Shown here: piece by piece, positions 9,076 through 16,509 of the stretch
Position numbering within the stretch: position 1 is the stretch's first letter
Layout: the number at the start of each line of letters is the position of its first letter
Assembly (NCBI GenBank): GCA_905479535.1
Contig: CAJQMW010000508.1
Coordinates: forward strand, 1-36,689
DNA: 36,689 nucleotides
Direction of reading: 5' to 3'
Origin: an uncultured Maribacter sp.
GTDB taxonomy: Bacteria; Bacteroidota; Bacteroidia; Flavobacteriales; Flavobacteriaceae
Translations under genes and position numbers: made by a program
The notes under the pieces: model-generated
Databases searched by the model: none
The model's input: the letters and a program-made list of their open reading frames with translations, nothing else
Told to the model about the DNA's origin: nothing

Positions 9076-9786
9076 ATGAGAAAGAACAACAACTTTACCT
9101 GGGATCAGGATTGGCCCCTTGCATGGTTAGTATGGAGTCCCGAAGGAATAGAGGAATATTTAAAAGAGGATAATCGATTCCAAAAACGGTTTGGATTAAA
9201 GTACACCCGAAAGAACGTTTCCAAGATCATTGAAGGCGTAGTGGGTAAAGACGCGATCAAGAACAAGAACACGCCCACTATGCAGAATTTCGCCTCCTAT
9301 TACAATGGAGTGGCGAATGGAGACACGAAAAAAACAGACGAATGCCGGTACGATCCGATGGGCAAGACCTTTGAATTTGTAAAAATCTTTGCCGTTCACC
9401 CACCTACCAGAATAGCCGGATTAGCCGAATACATAGAAACACTTTCCTTTGAGGGTAAAAAGGGTTTCTTTGCCGAATTAATAGAACTTGTAAGACAGGA
9501 TTACAAAAAAGAACTAGACAATCTAAAAGACGGGGTTGCCATTACCGACCTACTGGATGAGCTTTACCAAAAGGTCACTTTAAAGATGCAGGTGATCAGC
9601 AAAGAACACATGACCGCATGGGATGAGCTAAAAGAAATTCTAAGCAGCAAGATTGAAGAACAAGACAATTTAATCACTGAAAAAGACTTAACGATAGACG
9701 AAACTATAAAGCATTTTGAATCCCTTCCAGACGATCCAAAGGTATTGAAAAAAGAAATATATAAATACCTCAACTCATTGAGGTAG
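9076..9786 (+). CDS. Hypothetical protein with coiled-coil C-terminus, candidate repressor
   Basis: Divergent from the leftward operon; weak HTH-like segment (YTRKNVSKIIEG...PTMQNFASYY); no S24 peptidase domain seen. Confidence 0.4.
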   Translation: MRKNNNFTWDQDWPLAWLVWSPEGIEEYLKEDNRFQKRFGLKYTRKNVSKIIEGVVGKDAIKNKNTPTMQNFASYYNGVANGDTKKTDECRYDPMGKTFEFVKIFAVHPPTRIAGLAEYIETLSFEGKKGFFAELIELVRQDYKKELDNLKDGVAITDLLDELYQKVTLKMQVISKEHMTAWDELKEILSSKIEEQDNLITEKDLTIDETIKHFESLPDDPKVLKKEIYKYLNSLR

Positions 9787-9888
9787 AACTTTATAAAAAA
9801 TTTACCTTATATTGTTCGACCGTTTTAAGTCATTCCCCCCATGAACGAACGGTTGTAACCGCTTTCTGCATAGTCACAAAAACAAACT

Positions 9889-10020
9889 ATGAAAACCCAT
9901 GACGCAACCGGGGTAGGTAAAACTATTCGCCAAATCAAAGAAGTTGTAAGAGAAAACCAAATTATTAAAGCTGAGATCAAATTATTAAAACGCGGTCTTA
10001 ATGCTTTAAAGGGAGAATGA
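9889..10020 (+). CDS. 43-aa coiled-coil peptide (not in ORF track)
   Basis: MKTHDATGVGKTIRQIKEVVRENQIIKAEIKLLKRGLNALKGE*, with an A-rich leader. Confidence 0.45.
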   Translation: MKTHDATGVGKTIRQIKEVVRENQIIKAEIKLLKRGLNALKGE

Positions 10021-10419
10021 CAGTTGCTTGATCTGATGTAAGCCTATCAAATCATTTTCCAGCATTTTTATTCTAAACTGTTTGTGCTTCACTGATTGCA
10101 GGAATGCAACAAGTGGCCCGTCCGTTGTATATGGCTTGCTTGTGCTATGTTGGAATGTATTTTGTTCCACAGAGGCACACGCGGCATTTAGAAGCCTATT
10201 GATATGCTTAATGGTTTCTTGCCGGTCCTGGTATTTGCGTACCGGCCAAAATATCTTTTCCATTTGTAAAGGCCGTCCACGATCCGATGGGCGAACCCTT
10301 ACCCAATAATAATTTTCAAAGTGGATCACTTCAATAAAGTGATTGCGAAAGAACCATCTCACCGGGGCATCTTCCGCACCGTCTATCCTTACCGGACGTT
10401 TGAAGCTATCGAATTGCAT
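10006..10419 (-). CDS. Hypothetical protein
   Basis: 137-aa ORF with an A-rich leader on the minus strand. Confidence 0.5.
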   Translation of the reverse strand: MQFDSFKRPVRIDGAEDAPVRWFFRNHFIEVIHFENYYWVRVRPSDRGRPLQMEKIFWPVRKYQDRQETIKHINRLLNAACASVEQNTFQHSTSKPYTTDGPLVAFLQSVKHKQFRIKMLENDLIGLHQIKQLSFSL

Positions 10420-10528
10420 AATGAAGGGGGTGTTTGTTTTTTCTCATTAAACATATTAAAGTTATACATTAGTTCAGAACTTTCAAAGATTTATGAAAGA
10501 ACTTTAACATTTTAAAGTTCATCCAAAG

Positions 10529-10573
10529 CTTGACATTAAGTACAATTGTGCTTATCTTTGAATCATCAATAAC
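10529..10573 (+). promoter_or_regulatory. Promoter/operator cassette, copy 1
   Basis: cTTG...TATCTTTG (10553-10560), overlapped by near-palindrome TAAGTACAATTGTGCTTA (10537-10554). Confidence 0.75.
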
Positions 10574-10590
10574 AACAAAAGCAAAGAATA

Positions 10591-11163
10591 ATGTCAACAA
10601 GAGCAACTTACAATATTAACGGAACAAGTTTTTACATCCATTATGATGGATACCAAGAAGGGGCTGCACACTATTTCGTAAACATGATTAACGCCTTTCA
10701 TAAGCCTGTAAACGAAGAAAATCAAATCTATCGCACCGCTAACGGCGGTTATGCAGAAGCTTTTTTAAGAGGAAACAATGTAGCAAGCTTTACATCAAGC
10801 CACGAAGAACACACTGATACAGAGTTTCGGTATACATTAAATGGTGATAACCTCACTGTTTGTATTCGCAAGTCATGGGATTCGGATCAATGGAAGGTTG
10901 AAAAATGGGATTTGGCTGAATTTATCAATAAGTATAATACTTGGTCGGATGACAGGGCTATCAACTTGCAATTGAGTAGTTATTCTGAAAAGAAAACATT
11001 GCACACCACTAATAGTATTCAGTATGTCATTGAAGATAAAAAACGAACCAAAAAACTATGGGAAAGCAAAGGGCATGACACCGGATCTAATTACAAAAAC
11101 CTTTTAAAAGAATTAAACTTGATCCTAAAGCAAGTGACTGACATTCTTAGAAAAGCAGCGTAA
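10591..11163 (+). CDS. Phage hypothetical protein (STRA...YxHxDGY type)
   Basis: MSTRATY...FYIHYDGYQEG resembles a recurrent phage early-gene motif. Confidence 0.65.
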   Translation: MSTRATYNINGTSFYIHYDGYQEGAAHYFVNMINAFHKPVNEENQIYRTANGGYAEAFLRGNNVASFTSSHEEHTDTEFRYTLNGDNLTVCIRKSWDSDQWKVEKWDLAEFINKYNTWSDDRAINLQLSSYSEKKTLHTTNSIQYVIEDKKRTKKLWESKGHDTGSNYKNLLKELNLILKQVTDILRKAA

Positions 11164-11205
11164 CTAACCACTCCCGACAACGTCAATAAGTCCGGGGCAA
11201 AAAAT

Positions 11206-11484
11206 ATGACCATGACAAACCAAGATTACATAGGACGCATTACAGTGGCCGGGTTACTCACTGAATTTATTTGCGGAGCTAAAAAGCTGTCTAACGACAT
11301 GAACGCAACCGGGCGCGGATATTACGAGTTTGAGAAGCGCGTAACATCTTCTCACCCGATTGAAAAGGTGATGCAGGAAGCAAATGCAGCTTGCGAAGTA
11401 TTCAAGATTGCAGCAGATGAGTATTTTGCCAGTGAGTTTGGAACATGGCAAAGAGAACTTATTGGGGAATACGGTATTTTTTAA
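11206..11484 (+). CDS. Hypothetical protein
   Basis: 92-aa ORF after a repeated intergenic linker. Confidence 0.6.
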   Translation: MTMTNQDYIGRITVAGLLTEFICGAKKLSNDMNATGRGYYEFEKRVTSSHPIEKVMQEANAACEVFKIAADEYFASEFGTWQRELIGEYGIF

Positions 11485-11560
11485 CCTCACTCAACCCTAC
11501 ACCGGCCCGTACTCGCTCCAAAGCTTGTCGGGCTTGTGGTGGTATAAAAAACAAAAAGAA

Positions 11561-11788
11561 ATGACTATACATCAAGCCATAAGAACAGCCAGAGAGCAAG
11601 CTGGCCTAACAAGGCCAGAGCTTGCCGAAAGAATGAATATTACAAGCAAAAACGCTTATTCTGTCATTGCCAAGTATGAAACCGGCCACCGTAAACCGGG
11701 AAGCGATCTGATAGAAAAGATCAGCGTTGCCACCGGGTGTAATATTATGTGTATGGGGAATCATTGGGGGGTTGAAAAAAATAGTTGA
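11561..11788 (+). CDS. XRE-family HTH transcriptional regulator
   Basis: Start ATG 11561; IRTAREQAGLTRPELAERM...IAKYETGHRKP is a classic HTH_3 pattern. Confidence 0.85.
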   Translation: MTIHQAIRTAREQAGLTRPELAERMNITSKNAYSVIAKYETGHRKPGSDLIEKISVATGCNIMCMGNHWGVEKNS

Positions 11789-11806
11789 AATTTTAACACT
11801 TTGGGC

Positions 11807-11851
11807 CTTGACTATAAGTACAAATGTACTTATATTTGTATCATCAATAAC
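11807..11851 (+). promoter_or_regulatory. Promoter/operator cassette, copy 2
   Basis: cTTG...TATATTTG (11831-11838), overlapped by palindrome TAAGTACA-AA-TGTACTTA (11815-11832); near-identical to copy 1. Confidence 0.75.
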
Positions 11852-11867
11852 GATAAAACAAAAGACA

Positions 11868-12074
11868 ATGACAACTGAAAGAAATATCGAAAATGTTTAC
11901 AAAACGATTGCGGTTGAAAAACTTTCTTTCTTGAAAAATCAACTTCATTACGTCAACGAAGCCCTGGCGTGGCCTCAGTTGGAAAGTTGGGAAAGAAAAG
12001 AGTATGAACAATTGAAAGTCGATTACACGGAAAGGATTAAAGATCAAGAACTACACATTGAGACTAACTTTTAA
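11868..12074 (+). CDS. Small helical hypothetical protein
   Basis: Start ATG 11868 downstream of promoter copy 2. Confidence 0.6.
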   Translation: MTTERNIENVYKTIAVEKLSFLKNQLHYVNEALAWPQLESWERKEYEQLKVDYTERIKDQELHIETNF

Positions 12075-12118
12075 CCCACTCCCGGCATCCAAATAAGTCC
12101 TGGGCAAAAATCAAACCC

Positions 12119-12364
12119 ATGAATTTTGAAGATAAAAAATTACAGGAATTGGTAGACGCGGCGAAAGTTTGGAGTGTGGCGGTTGAAAGTGTTGAGGTTG
12201 ATGACGATTCTTATCCACCGTTAGAAGCCGCCGAAAAGCAAGCGCACAGAGAATTAGTTGATTATTGCTTATCACTCATGCCTAAATCAATCTCAGAAAA
12301 CGTAAAGAACTCAAAGTTATTTGCATCGAAGCTGATTGATAAATACGTTTTTTCGCAGATTTGA
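12119..12364 (+). CDS. Hypothetical protein
   Basis: 81-aa ORF followed by a terminator. Confidence 0.6.
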   Translation: MNFEDKKLQELVDAAKVWSVAVESVEVDDDSYPPLEAAEKQAHRELVDYCLSLMPKSISENVKNSKLFASKLIDKYVFSQI

Positions 12365-12368
12365 AACG

Positions 12369-12394
12369 AAGCCCGGCACACCACCGGGCTTTTT
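12369..12394 (+). terminator. Intrinsic terminator
   Basis: aagcccgg-cacacca-ccgggctt followed by T residues. Confidence 0.75.
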
Positions 12395-12413
12395 CATTTC
12401 AGTAAATTTAAGA

Positions 12414-12465
12414 TAAATATTATTTACTAAATATTTGCTTTTCTGAAAAACTAATCATACCTTGC
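12414..12465 (+). promoter_or_regulatory. Promoter of the RNA cluster with upstream operator
   Basis: TATTTACTAAATAT abuts TTTG (12434-12437); 20-nt spacer; TACCTTGC (12458-12465). Confidence 0.55.
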
Positions 12466-12469
12466 ACTC

Positions 12470-12544
12470 GTGGCAAGAAAGAAATAATGGTTCCTCGGAA
12501 TTACTTGCCACACAAGTAAATTTTCGCAGGGACCATTTTTATTT
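12470..12544 (+). ncRNA. Leader/small RNA with alternative pairings
   Basis: Long hairpin 12486-12537 followed by a T-run; its apex CTTGCCAC (12504-12511) is complementary to GTGGCAAG (12470-12477). Confidence 0.5.
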
Positions 12545-12607
12545 GACATACTGGTTTTTCGTTTTGTTTTGAGCAAGTTTTTTTTCAGGGTTTCGGCCCT
12601 GTTTTAT

Positions 12608-12681
12608 CGGAGTAGTGCATGTTGGTTTGCAAGGTCGCTTTTCAAGTTACCTGTCTAGGGTTCGATTCCCTACGCTCCGCA
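12608..12681 (+). tRNA. Degenerate tRNA-like gene (best-fit anticodon TTC, Glu)
   Basis: Good T-arm (taggg-TTCGATT-cccta), D-stem tgca/tgca, 6-bp acceptor cggagt/gctccg; anticodon stem mismatched and 5' strand about 2 nt short. Confidence 0.45.
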
Positions 12682-12718
12682 GGTCGTCTTAGTTTCTTCA
12701 TGAGATTGAGATTTGTAA

Positions 12719-12745
12719 GCCCAACCCTTGCGGGTTGGGCCTTTT
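12719..12745 (+). terminator. Terminator-like hairpin
   Basis: gcccaaccc-ttgc-gggttgggc then ctttt. Confidence 0.65.
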
Positions 12746-12846
12746 AAAAGAAAGGCGGCAAAAGTGCCGTTTGGCGGGTCAGAGTTATTCAATGAAAAAT
12801 TGCATTAACCCAAACACTCATGGCTCTGTGGACAACCCGCCAAAAT

Positions 12847-12919
12847 GCCGGAATAGCTCAGATGGTAGAGCGTCAGTTTTGTAAACTGAATGTCAGCGGT
12901 TCGATCCCGCTTTTCGGCT
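12847..12919 (+). tRNA. tRNA-Thr(TGT)
   Basis: Full cloverleaf: GCCGGAA/TTTCGGC acceptor, GCTC/GAGC D-stem, TCAGT-TTTGTAA-ACTGA anticodon arm, AGCGG-TTCGATC-CCGCT T-arm; no encoded CCA. Confidence 0.95.
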
Positions 12920-12980
12920 CATAGGGTTTAGAATGATGCCTGACTATGGGTTAGGTTTCAAGATGGTTGTACCTAGATTG

Positions 12981-13009
12981 ATCCCCGGTATTTTCCACCG
13001 GGGATTTTT
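12981..13009 (+). terminator. Terminator-like hairpin
   Basis: atccccggt-attttcc-accggggat then tttt. Confidence 0.65.
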
Positions 13010-13077
13010 AAAGATGTAATTTTAAAGATGGTGTTCGTAAAAGAGCACATTTAGCCCGGTAAAGTCTGGGCTTTTAT

Positions 13078-13202
13078 TGCAAAGTGGCGAAATTGGTAGA
13101 CGCTAAAATGTAGGGGTAGGCTGTTCAGGGTTAATACTCCGTGCCGAAAGGTCGCAGATCATATTACACCATCCCGTGCAGGTTCAAATCCTGCCTTCGC
13201 AA
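13078..13202 (+). ncRNA. tRNA-like RNA with Leu-type D and T arms and an enlarged structured insert in place of the anticodon arm
   Basis: Acceptor TGCAAAG/CTTCGCA (one mismatch), D-arm GCG-AAATTGGTAGA-CGC, T-arm GCAGG-TTCAAAT-CCTGC, with about 74 nt between the D and T arms. Confidence 0.6.
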
Positions 13203-13233
13203 CTTTTAGTTATGTAGTAACGCCTTATTATTT

Positions 13234-13259
13234 CCGGGGTCAATTCGGCCCCGGTTTTT
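13234..13259 (+). terminator. Intrinsic terminator
   Basis: ccggggtc-aattc-ggccccgg then ttttt. Confidence 0.7.
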
Positions 13260-13318
13260 CCTTCCTAAAAAAGAAAGGATGTTCTTTGACTATATTTAGG
13301 GTTAAAAACCTAAATCAC

Positions 13319-13816
13319 ATGAAAAACAGCATTTTACTTGCCTTGCTATTTTTAAGCATTTCAGCCAATGGGCAATACTTCAAATTAGCCTTAACCGATA
13401 ATTCAATACCAGATGAATATTTAAGCGCATCCGGGTTTAGCTATGAATTTGGTTTTGGCGATCATCTTTCGGACTGGTTTTTAGTAGACTACGGAGTGCG
13501 TTACAGTCAGGCAGACGTGGGGAAAGAACAAACAATAAAGGCCGACTACATTAGCTTTCTGATCAATCCTAAAGCCTACGTAAGCGAAGGCACAAACTTT
13601 AGGTTTATTGCCGGGGCTATTTTCAGACTTGGCGGTGGGGTTGACAAAACAATTGAAACCACCTATTTGCAAGCCTGGAACGGTTTGGAGGTAGGCATGG
13701 AGTTTAAAGGCGTTGAACTCACCGGCATGTTTGAAATATCAAGCAGATCGGGAGTTTACAGAGGTGCTAACCGAATGAAGATTTTTAGTTTGGGGTTAGC
13801 GTACCGATTGAAGTGA
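13319..13816 (+). CDS. Outer-membrane beta-barrel protein (porin/Lom-like accessory gene)
   Basis: Signal peptide MKNSILLALLFLSISANG|Q, alternating amphipathic strands, C-terminal beta-signal-like FSLGLAYRLK. Confidence 0.75.
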   Translation: MKNSILLALLFLSISANGQYFKLALTDNSIPDEYLSASGFSYEFGFGDHLSDWFLVDYGVRYSQADVGKEQTIKADYISFLINPKAYVSEGTNFRFIAGAIFRLGGGVDKTIETTYLQAWNGLEVGMEFKGVELTGMFEISSRSGVYRGANRMKIFSLGLAYRLK

Positions 13817-13852
13817 TTTTGCGCGTTGAGTTTTAAGTTTTATTTTTACACT

Positions 13853-13914
13853 TGAAACCCGGTGGATTACTGCATTTGTAGAGTGTTAGTAATGATGACA
13901 ACCATCGGGTTTCA
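13853..13914 (+). ncRNA. Long hairpin with 8-nt bulge, candidate antisense/leader RNA
   Basis: 13-bp basal stem tgaaacccggtgg/ccatcgggtttca, bulge GATGACAA, upper stem attact/agtaat. Confidence 0.5.
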
Positions 13915-13924
13915 CTTTATACTT

Positions 13925-14137
13925 ATGACAGTGATCGAATTTATCAAAGAATTTAAGATACCTCAAAAGGTTTTGGCTGACAAGCTTTGCCTTAATTATA
14001 CTACATTCAGAAAGAAGCTAAACAACGCCGGGAATCAGTTCTCTGAAAACGAAAAAGAGCAGCTAGAAGATGCCGTAAGAGACTATGTAAATGAGTTGAA
14101 CGAAAATGTTCAAAAATACCTGTCAAAACTTGCATAG
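13925..14137 (+). CDS. Small HTH DNA-binding protein
   Basis: Start ATG 13925; KIPQKVLADKLCLNYTTFRKKLN...FSENEKEQL is an HTH pattern. Confidence 0.75.
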   Translation: MTVIEFIKEFKIPQKVLADKLCLNYTTFRKKLNNAGNQFSENEKEQLEDAVRDYVNELNENVQKYLSKLA

Positions 14138-14160
14138 AACAAAAATGTTCTTTATATTTG
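14098..14160 (+). promoter_or_regulatory. Promoter with two GAAC-N6-GTTC operators
   Basis: GAACGAAAATGTTC (14098-14111) and GAACAAAAATGTTC (14137-14150); cTTG at ~14130 and TATATTTG at 14153-14160. Confidence 0.7.
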
Positions 14161-14196
14161 TAGGGTCATCATTACTAATCATTAACTCTACAAATC

Positions 14197-14517
14197 ATGC
14201 AAGCGACACGCAAACAAATCTTTACCCTAGCCTGGAAACTTTTCAAAGGCGGCATCTTTCAAAACTTCGCTGACGCATTACGCGCAGCATGGAAGCAAGC
14301 CACACAGGGTTTCAACCTTGTAAGCTTCATCAAGAAATCAACCGGCAAAATCACAGAGCGTAGAATTGCTTTACTTAGCCGGTTCTACACACCCAAAGGA
14401 ACAAGTGACCGCAAACCCACATCAACCCTCAAATTTGTGGATCTACAAAAGATAGAGGCAGGAGAGAAATTTTTCATCATTTCTTTCAATCCTGAACAGG
14501 TTATCAGTTTTTCATAA
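14197..14517 (+). CDS. DUF2693/WYL_2-like SH3 beta-barrel protein
   Basis: IFTLAWKLF...FADALRAAW...VSFIKKSTGKITER resembles this Bacteroidota mobile-element family. Confidence 0.55.
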   Translation: MQATRKQIFTLAWKLFKGGIFQNFADALRAAWKQATQGFNLVSFIKKSTGKITERRIALLSRFYTPKGTSDRKPTSTLKFVDLQKIEAGEKFFIISFNPEQVISFS

Positions 14518-14570
14518 ACATTCACCCTTCTTTCCCGGTCACATTGTGGCCGGGTTTTAACTCTATCACC

Positions 14571-14777
14571 ATGAATAAAATTGATGTTGAAAAGCTGATC
14601 GATTTAAACCCTGTCATACTCGCAAAGCACAAGGCAGGGAAAAACAAAAAGCAACTGACTGCCTATCCCGGCATGACTTCTTTACAAGTCACCTACTGCC
14701 TGGGAGGTCGAACGATATTCAAACCTTTCACTTCCATTGAGGAAGCGGAGGAATTTTATAATGATCTTGAATTTTAA
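14571..14777 (+). CDS. Hypothetical protein
   Basis: Likely start ATG 14571. Confidence 0.55.
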   Translation: MNKIDVEKLIDLNPVILAKHKAGKNKKQLTAYPGMTSLQVTYCLGGRTIFKPFTSIEEAEEFYNDLEF

Positions 14778-14789
14778 AAAGCAAATCCA

Positions 14790-15182
14790 ATGAAAGCTAC
14801 CGTAATGGTTCAAAAAGAGATTGACATTAAGTATCTCTACATTTCCGTTCCCGTTCGTTACGACGATGAAGATATTCCTTATGACTTCCCATTGAGAAAT
14901 GGCGATAACTGGTCGGCTACCGTTGAGGTTGACACCGGGAAAATCACTGAATGGCCTAAAGGGAAAACCGGATCAATGTTTATGAAAGTTGTTGACGGCG
15001 GTACTTACATTTTAAGGGATGAATCCAAAAATGAAGTTGCCCGAATTGACGAAGATTACGTGCCAAATAGCCTTATTCCGGGTGAATACGGTGATTATAT
15101 CCATCTTGAAATTGATGAAAATGGAGTGATCACAAATTGGCTCAAAAACCCGTCTGTTGACGACTTCTTTACAGAAGATTAA
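14790..15182 (+). CDS. Phage hypothetical protein
   Basis: 130 aa, acidic and beta-rich (KVVDGGTY, YGDYIHLEIDENG.I.NW). Confidence 0.65.
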   Translation: MKATVMVQKEIDIKYLYISVPVRYDDEDIPYDFPLRNGDNWSATVEVDTGKITEWPKGKTGSMFMKVVDGGTYILRDESKNEVARIDEDYVPNSLIPGEYGDYIHLEIDENGVITNWLKNPSVDDFFTED

Positions 15183-15239
15183 GACCTACAATTCCATCAT
15201 ATCCCGGCTACCTCCCGTGCCGGTTTTAAAAAATCAATT

Positions 15240-15461
15240 ATGAATCCAGGAACAAAGGTAACCTACATTGGAAACCCCTATAAGGGTCCAGAAAAAGGAA
15301 TTGTGAAAAGCCTGAGCCAAGACCGCAAACGGGCATTTGTTGTATTCAACTGCGGTAATCAATGGGACCGGTACCAGGACTATACCGCCGCAAGTTGCTC
15401 ATTAGACGATCTGGTAGAAGGTTGGGAAGAACATAAAAACAATCAGAATGAGGCTATCTAA
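15240..15461 (+). CDS. Small SH3-like protein, paralog of 29808..30062
   Basis: Shared motifs visible by direct comparison. Confidence 0.65.
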   Translation: MNPGTKVTYIGNPYKGPEKGIVKSLSQDRKRAFVVFNCGNQWDRYQDYTAASCSLDDLVEGWEEHKNNQNEAI

Positions 15462-15795
15462 ATCACAGATACCCGAAGTTATCCGGGAAATTGAAACCAT
15501 CCGGCAACACGCGACGGAGGAAGAAAAGGCGCGGTTGAATTGGGAAGATTTTCACCCTTCGTCTGATGAAAATTGTATTTACGGTTTAATGACCGGGCAT
15601 TGCGACTCTGTTCGTGCTAGGCAGCTTGCCCGAATGTCAGGGAATGAAAAATCTATTCACCCTGCCGGATGGTCCTATCAAGTATCTCCGATGGAAATCT
15701 TTATCCACGATCACGAAGAACTGAATTTTGAAATCATTCAATACATCAAAGGAGAGATTAACGAACTGCCGGATCTGGCGCAATTTGTAGAATAA
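15448..15795 (+). CDS. Hypothetical protein
   Basis: Coupled ORF with a CIYGLMTG motif. Confidence 0.6.
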   Translation: MRLSKSQIPEVIREIETIRQHATEEEKARLNWEDFHPSSDENCIYGLMTGHCDSVRARQLARMSGNEKSIHPAGWSYQVSPMEIFIHDHEELNFEIIQYIKGEINELPDLAQFVE

Positions 15796-16223
15796 TGAAA
15801 ACCAGAGTAAAAGAACTAATCGAAATAGCCCACAAAGAATTGAGAAAAAACACTGACATGGGCTTAGAGGCTGCTTACCATGCGATTGATGAGCTTAAAA
15901 AGCTTTACCAAAAGCCAACCCGGCATCCTTCCGAAATTACCCTAGATGAATTTGTACATGTAGTCAAAATACTAAATCCATTTGTGGTTAATTGTGTGCC
16001 AGAATGGTATTTGTATGAAAACAATGAAAACAATAACATCAGGATAGACGGGTCAGATGGTAAAATAAAAGTGTACTTGCATTGGGATGCATTTGGTGCA
16101 ATATCTTCAATAATTGGTGAGACTGAATCACAAAGAGCGCAGCCTTCGTTTAGTCAAGTATTCAAAATAGCCGCCTACCTTGATTCTATTGGAATTGAGT
16201 ACCGGCCCAAAAATAAGGAATAA
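15795..16223 (+). CDS. Hypothetical protein
   Basis: TAATG-coupled ORF. Confidence 0.6.
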   Translation: MKTRVKELIEIAHKELRKNTDMGLEAAYHAIDELKKLYQKPTRHPSEITLDEFVHVVKILNPFVVNCVPEWYLYENNENNNIRIDGSDGKIKVYLHWDAFGAISSIIGETESQRAQPSFSQVFKIAAYLDSIGIEYRPKNKE

Positions 16224-16504
16224 TGAAAATAATAAACAAGCAATCAGGATTAGAAATAGACTTAATTCAAGTCTCCCACAGGATAAAGAAACTCATTGGC
16301 GAAGGAGCTTTAATAAGTGCAGCCTATTACCTATATAGATTTGGCTTTGATGTAAAAACAGAAATCGACGAACTTGTAAAAATGGAAGAAGATACCAGGG
16401 AGAACATAATGAACGGCAAAGAATTGAATTTCAAAGAAAGGATTGACAAGTCAAACGAAATATCCAAAATACTTATGGAGATTGTTAATGATCTTACAAA
16501 GTAG
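16223..16504 (+). CDS. Hypothetical protein
   Basis: TAATG-coupled ORF. Confidence 0.6.
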   Translation: MKIINKQSGLEIDLIQVSHRIKKLIGEGALISAAYYLYRFGFDVKTEIDELVKMEEDTRENIMNGKELNFKERIDKSNEISKILMEIVNDLTK

Positions 16505-16509
16505 CCAGA

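Noticed and set aside
11167-11540. Complementarity between accactcccgacaa (11167-11180) and ttgtcgggcttgtggt (11525-11540)
   Set aside because: Only 8+5 interrupted pairs, and both segments already form local hairpins; could be chance.
12630-12652. Opal (TCA) suppressor anticodon or stop-codon recoding
   Set aside because: The best stem places TTC in the anticodon position; TGA, TAG and TAA all end coupled genes cleanly under the standard code.
13104-13177. Hammerhead ribozyme, group I intron or tmRNA within the tRNA-like RNA
   Set aside because: No CUGANGA core (ctgttca only), far too short for a group I intron, and no tag ORF or Ala acceptor identity.
14098-14150. GAAC-N6-GTTC as a LexA (Cheo) box
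   Set aside because: The Cheo box has an N4 spacer and belongs to Gram-positive hosts; the adjacent HTH is a simpler explanation.
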